From the human T2T-CHM13v2.0 reference genome, Homo sapiens: a DNA stretch of 64,000 bases. The notes under the pieces are model-generated. The model was not told the origin of the DNA. It saw only the letters and a list, made by a program, of their open reading frames with translations, and did no database searches. Shown piece after piece: positions 1-12,600 of this stretch. The stretch lies in NCBI RefSeq assembly GCF_009914755.1, contig NC_060937.1. One strand, 5' to 3'. The position numbers and the translations under genes are program-made. Each line of letters begins with the position of its first letter. The stretch's first letter is position 1.

Positions 1-2744
1 AGCAAATATCATTTCTCTGCTGATTGGCCATCATGATATTTTAAAGCATTTTAGAGGCATGCATGTTCATGAAATGACCCCACTGCCTAAAGAGAGCTCG
101 GTAGCAGTAGCCTAGTCTCTGGCCGATGACAAGGTAACAGTACACATAGACTGTTAGGAAACTCTACTTATAAGTAAATGCTGGGTGTCTCAAGCCTCTC
201 TGGCCCACTGCTCTTCTCCATATAATGGGTGTAGCAGATCTCTAGTAAAGGAAGGGTAGATGCTGGCTTGGCTGGAGTCACGACTATAGAAACCTCTGAT
301 GTCTCATATAAGCAAGAGCGATTAGTCTGGTGTTGCTATCTTGGAGATGAGCCAACATTGACACTGGAAAATAACCCAGCCTAGACCAGAATTAACTGGG
401 GAAATGAAAGTAGTATATCAAGGATGGGAAGGATAAGAAGGAATGAGAAACGAGGGAGTGGCCAGCAGAGCATGAGTAGGTTTGACTTCAGGTTTTCTCT
501 CCATTTATCAGTGCAGGCAAACAGCATTTATTTATAGCAATTAGAACCAAGGGGAAGACCAATTTAAGGAAAGAATTCAGGGTCAAACAAGCACAGAGGT
601 TGCTTTCTTGTGTGTATGTTTTCTCCTAAATGAATTATGGTCATTAGTATAATAAAAGGGGAAAAAAGCAACACATACATGGTCTGCCCTAGTTATAGAT
701 GCCTACATTTATATGTATGTACATATTTAAAAGAAAATATGTGCATTTATAGATACATCTATTTCAGTGTTGTGTTGAGTTTCGTCCTGTGTATTACATG
801 TCAAGAAGTACATCCCAAAATACTTTTCATAGAAAACTATTTTCTAAGTATACAGAATTTGCTATTTGGTGTGACCTGAGTATCATCAGTCATCATCATC
901 ATCATCGTCACCTTCATCGGTAATGCGTCATCATTAAACACTTATTGCCTACCTCCAAATATTCTGCAACAAAATGCTATATTGTGGGACAAAGTCACAC
1001 CTCACAACTTATACAGAAAATCAATTACTGCAAAGGAAACACATGTAGAAATTGGTACCCATTCATACTTTGTACAAAATTATTCACTTTCTGTGTGGTC
1101 ACAGTTTCAAGGCCAAGACTAATAACTGACCATTATTATCAGTACATAAAAAGACTCGGGGAATCACTGCAAGGATGCAGCTACAATTATTAAAACAACA
1201 AAGACAATGAAAGACCACTGTTTTAGACAGAAAGTTTCCACCTAGGAGGACTCAACACATTTTCATGGTCTTATATGCTGACCAACAGCAAGCAGGAAAG
1301 GGGAAAGAGGCTAAATAGTGATTTCAGTGTCATTTCACAGATTTTATTGCTTTTCTTAAGGATCATAATGTACTTGACATATTGTAATACTGGAAAGAAT
1401 TTTCATGCAGCTGTGAAACAGGTACAGCTTCACAGACCTTTTCATTTTTGGTGTTGCATCATCAGCAAAACATTATGAAAATTACTATCATATTTCTCCA
1501 TATTCTTTATTAAGCATTCATGACAAATTAAAAAATCATATAATGTTTCATTTGCCATTTTCCTGTAAGGTATATTAATATGACTTTACATATGAGAACA
1601 ATGAGGTACAGGATTACAGCTATTTAGGTTTTAAATCGGCAGAGGCAAAAAGAGTAGAATAGTCCTATTTTCTAAGCCCAGCAACTACAACACATTTCCA
1701 ATAGAAGAATCATTACATTTATAACTGGGTGGTGTGGTGTGCTTATTGTGCTCTGTTTTTTTTCTCTCTTTGAATGAACTAGTCATTCTGACAGGTCAAA
1801 GAGTTGATCATGTCTAGCAATGACCTCTTGATTTATAGCAGTGACCCGCTTAAAAATTTCTTGTTCATCATACTCACAGGTCACAGATTTTCTGCCAGAT
1901 GTCCATCCTGTGAGTAAATCATACAATTGCACAGATAAAAACATTAAGATGGTGTGAAAGCCACATTCACTTAAAGGGTGGGTGCGGATAAAACACTGAT
2001 ATTTCTGTAATTATTACTAAAAGAATATTCCATAATAAATTTAGGCTGGTCTGCAGTAGGTATATATTAAAGATGTAATTGCACTTTTCACAAGAGGTAG
2101 GATTTGCCATGGAAGACTCTGCCAGGATTTCTTTAGTCTGGATGTAAACCAAGAATCCGTCATATCCCTATAGGGTAATATTCACCTTATAAAACAAAAT
2201 TTGTGTATTTACTTAATTATGCCATAAGATGTCCCTTCAAATTCATGGCCAAAGTTCAATTGAATGAAATGTCTTTGTGATGAGTGTACCTCTCGAGCTG
2301 AGTGAAAAAATTTACCAATTTTCCAATCATAAATGAATCAAAAATTGATTAAATGTACATTGACCTCATGCCACTGATCGTTAAGAAGGAGGCTGCAATA
2401 AAGCATTCCTAGATGTAATCAATAATTTTCTTCAACTATTATTTAGAGAAGAGAGCCATCAAGGCACAGTTTAATCAATAATGTGAAACACACTTTTTAT
2501 ATGTAGAAGAGGGACTGATCATTTTTATTGTGACTGATGCAGAACTAATGGGTGAGGTTAAAATATAAGGCAAAGGGCAAGAGTATTATGACTTTTTTCT
2601 TTGACGTTTTGAATAATAGGCATAATTGTGAGCTCCCATGTTAGTAATTAACTCCAGAAAACTGTTAATGAAAATTACTAGCACTAAGATTTTCTGGCCA
2701 AATAATAAATAAATAAATAATGCACACATAGAAACACACATATT

Positions 2745-2773
2745 ACACACACACACGCACACACACACACACA
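2745..2773. repeat. (CA)n microsatellite
   Basis: CA run with one CG interruption. Confidence 0.9.
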
Positions 2774-2948
2774 AAATATGTCTCTAAATATGCAAAGTAT
2801 TTCCTATGCTGGGATTTCTTACTTATTTATAGGTCTCATATATGACTGCATTGGTAAAAACCATGTAAAGTTAGGATTCAAAATGACATTGCCCTTTGGA
2901 CACAATTTAAGCTCTCTCACTCACCGTCTTCTCTAGAGATAAATAATT

Positions 2949-3243
2949 GGCCAGGAGCAGTGGCTCATGCTTGTAATCCCAGCATTTTGGGAGGCCAAGG
3001 CGAGTGGATCACTTGAGCCCAGGATTTCAAGAATAAAACCTGAGCAACACAGGAGAACCCCTTAAAAAAAATAGCCAGATGTGATGGCACATGCACTTCC
3101 AGCTACTTGGGAGGCTGAGGCAGGAGGATCACTTGAGCCTAGCAGGTCTAGGCTGCAGTGAGCTGTGATTCTGACACTGAACTCCAGCCTGGGTGACAGA
3201 GCAAGACTGTCTCAAAAGAAAGAAACAAACAACAACCAAACAA
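2949..3243 (+). mobile_element. AluJ-type SINE, near full length
   Basis: Starts ggccaggagcagtggctcatgcttgtaatcccagc; both arms carry J-type ggatcacttgagccc / ggctgcagtgagc; degenerate A-rich tail. Confidence 0.93.
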
Positions 3244-3690
3244 CTATTAATGTTATTTTCTTAAAACTTTCTCTCTACCAAGTTAGCTCCCCCAGATGCT
3301 ATTTCAAGAGTAGATTCTGCTCTACTTAAAAGTAATGGCAGAAATAAAATTAATGTGGCATCAGAATTTAGAATTGATTAGATGGAACTCTTACTTTTTT
3401 ACTCAAGTAAAGTTCCTAGGGAGCACTGCTACACAGCTGGACTCCAAATATTAGCAGGCAAAAGATGCATATATACTCCAAGGGGAATTTCCTAAGTTGT
3501 GCTAGTGAGGAAGGCAGGCTCCACTGGCTTTTCCAGAGAGTGAGTGAGAAGATAAAGTCTGAGACATATAGAAACCTCTACTTTTTCCTTCCCCACCCCA
3601 TCCCTTCATTCATTCTCATTTCTTCTTGTTCTTATTGTCATTATTCTCCTAAGCAACAAAGGGCAAATTGATCTTACAGTCATCATTCTT

Positions 3691-3861
3691 CTTTTTTTTT
3701 TTTTTTTTTTTTTGAGACGGAGTCTAGCTCTGTCGCCCAGGCTGGAGTGCAGTGGCACGATCTTGGCTCACTGAAACCTCTGCCTCCCAGGTTCATGATC
3801 ATGAGGTCAGGAGATCAAGACCATCCTGGCTAGCATGGTGAAATCCCGTCTCTACTAAAAA
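3691..3861 (-). mobile_element. Rearranged Alu (AluSc/Y-like) with inverted 5' segment
   Basis: Poly-T 3692-3713, antisense right-arm end 3714-3796, sense left-arm piece 3797-3865; 16-bp TSD tacagtcatcattctt at 3675-3690 and 3862-3877. Confidence 0.92.
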
Positions 3862-4874
3862 TACAGTCATCATTCTTAGCAGAATACATCAATGAGAGGC
3901 AGAGAGTTTATTTTTTTACAATCATAAAGCTAGGGAGATTGAATTTCCAGACAAAGGTCTTGGTGAGAGGACTGGGAAATGGGGAATTAAGAAATCTGGA
4001 GACAGAATAGAGTCACCTAGAAATATAAAATCTTTCTGCCAGCCCAAAACTTCAGGAAATTCTTATATCTTATACAAAGTTCAGGTAGCATGTGTTGTCT
4101 TTAAGACAGGGGACCGTACTCTATCTCCAAAGTGTCATGGTGTTATTTAAATCACACATAGAATGTCCATGGAATCAGAAGTTTAGGCGAAGAGCCCACT
4201 GGGGAATAAGCAAACACCCGCCTCCTCTTAGAATCCTCTATTGCCTTCTGAATTACAAAGCAAATTTGGAACGACATGAATCAATCATAGCCCGTGGATG
4301 GGATTAGCACAGATTTCACTTGAGTTTCGAAGGATGAAGTAGATCAGCTAACATCAGAATTATATGTAGGAAAAGGTCACATTAGAGATTGGGTATATAA
4401 GAAAAATGTATGCAAAGATTAACGCATTTAATTTAGTTAAAACTTATGCAAAATTATTATCAGATGGGACTGTTCAGATACAGCTCCAATGGCATAAATG
4501 TTTTCACAATCTACAGCCAAATGATGGTGAATTTTATGGTATATAAATTCTCATCAGTTACTGAAATAATATCTGTTTGTTAATTTTGGGAGTGTTACTT
4601 TTAATGGGAACTAATGCAAAACTCTTTTTTTTACTAGATTTTTATTTTTATTTTTTAATTAATAAAACAATTCATATATATATATATTTTTTCCTCCTCC
4701 AAATTTTGTGATATTATGGCATTTGAGGTAGTGTTGTTATATTATTTTCATGCCAAAAGTTCAGTACTTAAGTTCTTATGTGTGAATTTGTGGTACAATT
4801 TTTCCCTTGCCAAATGTAAAATATATCATGGCCTATTTTTATTATAGTGTAACTTTCTTCATTTGTAAAATCAT

Positions 4875-4876
<2 letters not shown>

Positions 4877-4932
<56 letters not shown>
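4877..4932. repeat. Compound (TC)n(AC)n microsatellite
   Basis: TC run directly followed by AC run. Confidence 0.95.
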
Positions 4933-5104
4933 TTCTATACTAAGCTCTAAAATATTAATCACTCTTCCTAAGAATGAATTTACACTAATTACCCCAGGTA
5001 TATATGCTAATTCCTCCAGGTATAGATGCTGAAATATCCTGGAGGTCTGGGATGGGCGAGTCAGGTGGAATTGAAAGAATAACTTAGTTATTACCGTAGT
5101 AGGG

Positions 5105-5192
5105 AGTTGAAGAAATGAACACTCAGAGAGGTTGAGCCAGTTGCTTGGAGTCACATAATTAACAAGTAGCAGAATTTATATTTGACCCCAAA
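5105..5192 (-). mobile_element. MIR fragment
   Basis: actcagagaggttgagccagttgcttggagtcacataattaacaagtagcagaa resembles the antisense MIR core. Confidence 0.6.
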
Positions 5193-6455
5193 ATGTAAAC
5201 TTTTTACAAAAATATGCTTCTGACTATACAAACATGTTTAATTATCATTCAGAAACTCATACCCAGAAAGATTGTGTGAGTTTCATAAGGCCATACAACT
5301 CTTTACAAAATATGTGGACAGGCTCAAAATATATCATCAGACAAATTTCTGTTTTGATGGATGAATCATTTCTTCAAATAGAAAGAACCCTCAATATTCA
5401 GTGCCAAAGTGATATATGTATGCACATGTCCATGTGTGTTCAACATAAAACATCACCAGTCTATTCACCCCATTCTCAAGCTTGAAGAGTGAGAGGAGAG
5501 CACTGATGTCAACACATTGTTTCAATTCCATTATTAACATTAAAATCATATGTATACATATGTATTACTATATAATATACACAGTGTTATATAAAATAAT
5601 ATATATTTATATTCTATAAATTCATTTTATATACATACGTGTTTATAGGAGCCAAAAATAAGTTACATTTTATGGCATTCCTTAGACCCTGGTAATCAGC
5701 ATTCTGTTCTCTAACTTTATGAGATCAAACCCAATATGTTTTAGTGGTATATTAGACTTGACATTCACCCCCCTTTCTGTGCACAGTTTGTTTGTTTCTG
5801 CCTACTCTCCTTATCCAACAGTGCACTCTAGGCACAGTGGAAACTGCCCTCTGTTTCAAACATTGACCAACAATGCCAAACAGCTCCTGCTGCTGGTATC
5901 TGTACTTGCTGTACTCACCGACCACGCTCCTTCCCTGCCCGCTGAACTCAACCGCATGGACACAGGGCTCATTTCCTCCCATTCTTCGAAGCTTTCCTTA
6001 AGTACTCCAGTATCACTCAGGGCCCCACCAGAGAAACAGAAACATAGGAGATTATATATAGAGATATAATGTGTATAGCTAGATAGATTGATTATATATA
6101 TATTAAAAAATACACACACATTAATACATTAATTAATTAATTAATATTTTATGTATTAATATCATTACATTTATTTATTATTTTATTTATTAATATAATC
6201 ACATTTATTGATTAATTTATATATTTATTATTTTGTTTAGTAATATTATTAATTTATTTATTATTATGTATTTACTTTTCCATTGGCAGTCAAACTATTA
6301 ATCGGGGAGGCAATATTAGGGTGTTATAAGAAACTCCTGTGTTAATGTTGAATTCTTATGGGAGGCTGAAGAGGTGACTAGGTAACTAGAGACAGGTGTG
6401 ATAAGTAAACTTCAACTTACAACCACTTGCTCCTTTTGAATTTTTAAACGGGTGA

Positions 6456-6830
6456 TTTTTTTGTTGTTTTTTGTTTGCTTTTTTGATACATTATATTTGT
6501 ACATATTTCTGGGGTACACGTGAAATTCTGTTCTATGCATAGAATGTGTAATTACATGCATAGAATGTATAAAAGGGTAAAGTCTTTGGATATAGGAGAA
6601 CTCCTCTTAGATTATCAAAGTAATTTGGAAAAGACTTTCTAAAGTCAGGGTATTTCAGGTATCCATCATCCAACATGTATCATTTCTATGTGTTGCGTAC
6701 ATTTCAAGTCCTCTCTTCCAGGTATTTTGAAAACTACAATACATTGCAATACATTGTCATTACTATAGTCACTCTATACTGCCATTAAACATTATAACTG
6801 ATTTCTTCTGTTGAACTGTCTGTATGTTGG
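6456..6830 (-). mobile_element. L1MA-type LINE-1 3' end
   Basis: T-rich tail then gatacattatatttgtacatatttctggggtacacgtga...catttcaagtcctctcttcca matches antisense L1MA 3'UTR. Confidence 0.85.
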
Positions 6831-6858
6831 TATCTAGTATATGTGTATATATACTGGA

Positions 6859-6860
6859 TA

Positions 6861-6928
<68 letters not shown>
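6859..6928. repeat. Compound (TG)n(TA)n(GA)n microsatellite
   Basis: Three adjacent dinucleotide runs. Confidence 0.95.
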
Positions 6929-7661
6929 CTTATTTTCAAAAAAATTGGAATATGAGATAGTGGGGCCTCTGAAATCCATATATAGATCAGGAAGGGCCAA
7001 CCAGAACTCTTGGGTGTGAGCTGAATGCCACTCTACAGTTGTAATTTCTCGTTCAAAGAAGCCTTAGCTTCGCTCTTGAGATCTTTCAACTGATTGAATC
7101 TGAGCCACCCAGATTATCAAGGATAAACTCCCATGATTAAAGTAAACTGATTATAGACCTTAGTCAAATGTGCAGAACATCTTCGCAGCAACACCTAAAT
7201 TAGCATTTGCGTGAATAACTGAAGCTATAGCCTAGCCAAGTGGACACATACAACTGGACATCACAGCCTCCTTCTCTGTGAAGCCTCTGCCAAGCATCCT
7301 GAATGAAACTGTACCAGCCGCTCCCCTGCTCCATGGCCGTCCTCACGCTGCTGCTGTGCTTCATCATTTCCACAGCTTAATCAACATTAGTCAGTTTTGT
7401 ATCTCCTGGATACACCAGAACACTAGCCACATAGAGTGAATACTTAAAACATTGTTAGAATGAATAGACGAAAAGAAAACAAATATAGAAACCACAGTGT
7501 CAAGGGAAGAAAAGGGTAAAGACTTTGTATCTAAGAGAACTCCTTTTAGATTCTCAGGGTAATTTGGAAAATATTTCTCAATAATTTACTATAAACAATT
7601 TAAAACATATAGAACAGTCAAAAAAATAGGAAATAAACCTCTGTACCCCTTACCTGTAAAT

Positions 7662-7663
<2 letters not shown>

Positions 7664-7693
<30 letters not shown>
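7664..7693. repeat. (GT)n microsatellite
   Basis: Perfect GT run abutting MADE1. Confidence 0.95.
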
Positions 7694-7694
<1 letters not shown>

Positions 7695-7695
<1 letters not shown>

Positions 7696-7815
7696 TAGGT
7701 TGGTGCAAAACTAATTGCAGTTTTTGCCATTATAAAAATTGCAAAAACTGCAATTTTAATAACATTATTTGCCAATTTAATGGCAAGAACTGCAGTTAAT
7801 TTTGCACACACCTAA
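7695..7815. mobile_element. MADE1 (Hsmar1-derived MITE) with internal extra segment
   Basis: TIR ttaggttggtgcaaaa...ttttgcacacacctaa flanked by TA dinucleotides. Confidence 0.9.
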
Positions 7816-10800
7816 TATCTATAACATTGAAAAATAAGTTTTAAACATAATTCTCTACTAATAATTAGCATGCATCTCCAAAGGACATTTGCCAAAAATG
7901 CCACATTACTATCATCTTACATTAAAAATGTATTAATTTTATACTATTTAATACCCATTATATATTCAATTTTTATCAATTATATTTTACAGCATATTTT
8001 GGAACTAGAAATTTTCTTCATAGCATTTTTTAAATCAATATTTTACCTGAATTCACCCATCACACTTTGTTCTTATAACTTGTTTACTCTTTTAATCCAG
8101 ACCTGTAACACCCCCTACTTTTTTTATTATATTACTCTGAAGATCAAACCAGTTGTTGTATACTACATATCATGTTATGAATTTTTCTAAAACTATGATT
8201 TCATTACATTTATTCCTCTATTTTTATTTCACAATTTATTAAAAATTATTTCACAATTTTTAATAAATTGTAAAAAAATTTAGATTTTTGGAACAGATAT
8301 TAAGTATTTTTTAATCCTTCATGTTATATCATATTAGTTGTTACGTAATCCCATAGTGCTTCACAGTTAGCAATATCCAATTTGAATGGGAATATTTTGA
8401 CAGCTATTATAACTCCCATTTTATAAGCCAGTCTTTCATGGCTTTGAAAACATGTGTTAGGTACTTTGTGTCCAGACCTATGCTGCTACTTTTATTTAAC
8501 GTGCACACTGATGACAATAGATTTTGAATTGTTTTCTGGAAAAAGAAGCATTTCATGTTTTTGAAATAGGAGGTTAGATTTGGCCTCAAGAAAGACAATG
8601 TGAATCACAAAACACTAAAGTGAAACTAATGTCTTCTACAGGCTCAATAATAGGGAGTACGATAGCTTGAATGTATCATGTGATAAACATGGAATATGGG
8701 CATTTAGAATAAATTTTATGTAAACATTTTTACAAAATACATTGTATCTATCTTATCAATAATCAGAAAAGAGATATGAGAATTTACAAAGCAAAACATG
8801 GGTAAGTTTTTAAAGTTTATTTCTAACATATTTTTAAGATATTATTTCTAACATCTTTTAAATGTCTTAGAACCACATGTTTATAACTATATCCTCAGTG
8901 TTTGTTTCCTGTGTATGTAGTTGTGGGTATGTGTGTATCTGTAAGTGAGAATAAAGTGTTCTTGGGTATTTAAGGTATCATAATTTTTCTTTTCAATAAG
9001 AAAACTTTGAGAATTTTGAAAGCTTTAATGGAAATATGGGTAGTCCACATTTAATTTAATTTTTTTTTTTTGGTAAATTTATCATTTAGATCTCAAACTC
9101 TGTTCTGCTTGTCAGAGGCCATTTTGCAAATCTAAAAGATCTGGTATCTGAAACCAGATCGCTTATTCTCCCTTTCTTCCAAGGTGTAGAGCCACCAGCT
9201 TCCCTGGCTTCTCTGTGTTCCTGGAAACTGTGGCATCTGTCTTACATGTGTGTGTTTGAGCACCTCGCGTAGCCTTGGTAATTTTGCATCCAAGTAGAAT
9301 ATCATCTCCCATCTTTATTAATCTATTCTTCTGTCCTTGAAGTAAGAAAAACGATCCCTTTGAAATCCATTAGGATTTGTAAGTATAGAATTACAAGCAG
9401 CAAATGAAAAGCCTTGGAAGCTTGGAAGTGTATATGTGTGTGATGTGTGCGCGTTGCCATTGTTGCAGTGCTAGTTTTGGTTATGGATGTGATTATTGTT
9501 ACTGTTGTTCGATTTTCTAACCAACCTACCTAATAACGGAGATTTTATGGATGAAGCGGAAAAAACATAAAAATAATCTTTGTGGAGAGTGATGACAGAA
9601 GTATGGGAGGTTTTTGGGTAACAAAAGAAATTCCAACTTTTTTTCTGGCAGGAGTTGATAGAAGTAGGCTGCAGGATCAACACAGTATTTCAAGCACCTG
9701 GCGAGTTTTACTTGCTTTCCTTTCAAGCTGCAGTACAGCAACTGCAAGGTCTTCCTTGCATCTATCATAATGGTTTAAGCAGAGTAGATATTCAACAAAT
9801 ATTGGGTAACTAAATCTGGTGTTTGAGTGGATGTAAAACGATTTACAGTCTTGGCTGCCTCTGGTGTAATGGAATCTCAGACTTAATTTTTCTCCATTAA
9901 GAATCTTGCATTGGGGCTAGCTATAAGTCAATTGTGGGAGACAGGTCAAAATTCTGTGGTCAGCTTGAAACTTAAAGCTAATCCTCTGTTATCAAGATAC
10001 GTTTCTACTGGGAAAATAACTAACATCTCTCAAAAACATACCGGAATTTTAATATTGAAAATACATTTAGAAATATTTGATATGCATTTATAAACGTATA
10101 AAATTAATCAATATTTATCTAAATAGTTCTTGAAGTTTGAGTACGTGGCCAAATTTGCATACATCTTTCCATTGTGATAGCATTTTTTTATTTATGTATA
10201 GATTTAATTTTCCGATTTTGCAATGAATGGCACTTATATTAACATGTTTAAATAAAATGCAGTAGAAAACCAAGTGAAAATATTTCAAATACCTTAAAAG
10301 CAGTAAGTCAGCATTTTGGCAAAGTGAAAAGATGGGACACAAATATTTTTCTAACATTTAAAAATTCATGTTTTCTCAAATTCCAAATGAGAAAAAATTA
10401 CGTATTTCTGATTCTGTGAAATTGGAATTTGGGATAAAAGAATAACTTAATACATGTAATAGAAGCTTTCTAAGAAATTCTGAGATCAAGCCATATGTTC
10501 CTATAATGTATGCCAAATTTTGAATTGCATTAAGCTTCATAAATATATCTAACCAATTATTATACATCTGAGATGATGTTCTTTCCCTTGAAGAACTTAC
10601 CAATGGATGATCATGTCAAAAACTTTGCTATAGTATGATTTCCGTGCTTTTTAGAGAAACTAGTTGAAGCATTTTACTCATCAAAATCAAATACTGAGTG
10701 TTTTAGAGGAAACAGGGTTACATTCTGGAACTGACTGTCTAAAAGATGGAACCAGAAAGAGAAAAAGATGGCTTAAATACTGGAGAGCTGAGGAATTCTT

Positions 10801-11099
10801 CACTCGTCCCTTGGGACCACCGAGTACAGCACTTACACTGAGCAAATTATGTGAGGCCTCTCTTGAGAGACGCTATGGGCACTATTCAGCCAATGCTGAC
10901 TTTTGCTAAAAAATCAGGCCATCCTAAGCAACATTGATTCTTCCATTAAATTAGTATTGAGTATTTATGTTCTGTCAGGACCTTGCATAATTTGATAAAA
11001 CTCCAGATATCATACAAAAAAAAAATCAACTTCCAAAGCCTAGATACATCCCACCAGTACGAGTGCTCTGGAAGTCACCTGGTCCCACAGTTTTGAAAC

Positions 11100-12236
11100 T
11101 TTCTTCTATTATTGGGAGACATTAGCTTGCAGTCAGCACCAACAAGTGGGATCTTGCACAGGGAACTGGAAGACTTTTCATACTTGTCAGCCACATAATC
11201 TCTTCCCCTTTCTAGAAGTTCTAGGCTTGGGGAAACTCCTTCTGCTTCTCAGGAAACAACAGCAGGAACTAGTGGGAACCCCAACAGAGAAAGATAAACC
11301 AAATAAACCAAAATGGCCCAGTTCAGCAATGGAATTACGGTCCACCAGAGTAGGCTAGGAACTGCATGTTGAATCTGAACAGGACAGCTGTCTGCTAACC
11401 TTAAAAATATAGCATGAATCCAGAGTGTTTTGAAATAGCAGACAAAATATCTAAGATAAAATTTTAAAAATCACCCATTAATGTCAGAACCAAAAAATCA
11501 CAACTTGAATAAGAATATCATCCGCTATCACCAATACAGAGATAATTTGATATTAGAATTTTCTGTCAAAGATTTTAACGAAGTCATCCTAAAATGAGCA
11601 ATTATAAATTATCGGGAAACAAGCACAAGACAGAAAATTTTACAAAAGAAATGAAACTTACATAAAAGAACCAAATGGTAATTATTGCACTTAAAAATAT
11701 AATAACTGATAAAAAGAAAATGAAAACTGACTGCATGGGCCTAAAAGCTGAGTGGAGATGAGAGAATACAGTGAGTGAACTTGAGGACTTAAAGAAAGAC
11801 AGATGCATAGAATAAACCTAGACGGAACAGCAGAGAGGACATATTCTGGGAAAATAAAATGAACAGAGGCTCAGGACTATGTAGGACAATAACAAAAACA
11901 TGCACCATTTGTATCATTATAATTCCAGAAGAAGAGGTAAATGAAAGTAGGGCTGATAGAGCATTTGAAGTAACGATGGCTGAAAACAAACCAAATTTAG
12001 TAAAAGAAAGAAATCTGCAGGATGGAGAAGCTGAGTGAACCACAAAGGAATAAAACTAAACAAATTCATGCCAAAGAAAGAATAACTAAGCTTTTGAAAA
12101 CTAAAGACAAAGAAAAAAATCTTAAAAGCAGACAGAGAGAAATGGCAAACAACTGATAGATCATTCAAATGGCAGCACATTTCTTGTCAGAAACCATGGA
12201 GGCCAGCCAGAAACACAAAACATTTTTCAAATACTG

Positions 12237-12290
<54 letters not shown>

Positions 12291-12600
12291 TTCCTTCAGG
12301 AATGACATGACACGGAAATATAGACAGCCTCAGATAAAGAAAAGGTAATATAATATTTTGCTAGTAAACATATCTATAAATAATGGCTAAAGAAAAGTCT
12401 TTAAACAGAAAGGAAGTTATGTAAAACAAACAAACACAAACTCAGAGCCTTAAGAAGGAAGAAAAAACAATGGAAGTAGAAATGGGAGTACATTAAATAG
12501 ACAATTCATCTCATGAGTTTTATAAATCAGACTTTATAGTACCATCTGAGGGTAAACTCAATGATATTTAAAAGTAGAGAAGGTAGAATGATCTAAATAG
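11100..12600 (+). mobile_element. Old L1M (L1MD/L1MC-like) 5'UTR-ORF1 remnant
   Basis: A-rich ORF1-like text (aaagaaccaaatggtaattattgcacttaaaaatataataactga; gtgagtgaacttgagg; ttcttgtcagaaaccatggaggccag); frame disrupted. Confidence 0.8.
12239..12289. repeat. (AC)n microsatellite, about 25 units
   Basis: Perfect AC run. Confidence 0.97.

Larger units (their letters stand above)
6009..7265 (-). mobile_element. MLT2D-like ERVL solo LTR, interrupted by inserts (~6120-6840)
   Basis: Left end gtatcactcagggccccaccagagaaacagaaacataggag; right end tatagcctagccaagtggacacatacaactggacatcaca; internal TG/TA/GA microsatellite. Confidence 0.85.
5770..7470 (+). mobile_element. L2 3' region split by an MLT2 LTR (pieces ~5770-6008 and ~7266-7470)
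   Basis: L2-like 3'UTR text on both sides of the LTR, ending ccagaacactagccacatagagtgaatacttaaaacattgttagaatgaat. Confidence 0.6.

Noticed and set aside
1-420. Slightly GC-richer start of the window, possibly an ancient repeat
   Set aside because: I could not match it to any consensus or reading frame with confidence.
1775-1883. Five nuclear-receptor half-sites (AGGTCA/TGACCT-like) in 110 bp
   Set aside because: No canonical DR/IR spacing between good half-sites; plausible by chance.
5719-6119. Overlapping 76-116-aa ORFs in a GC-richer patch
   Set aside because: They coincide with an L2 remnant and the MLT2 LTR end; no recognisable domain.
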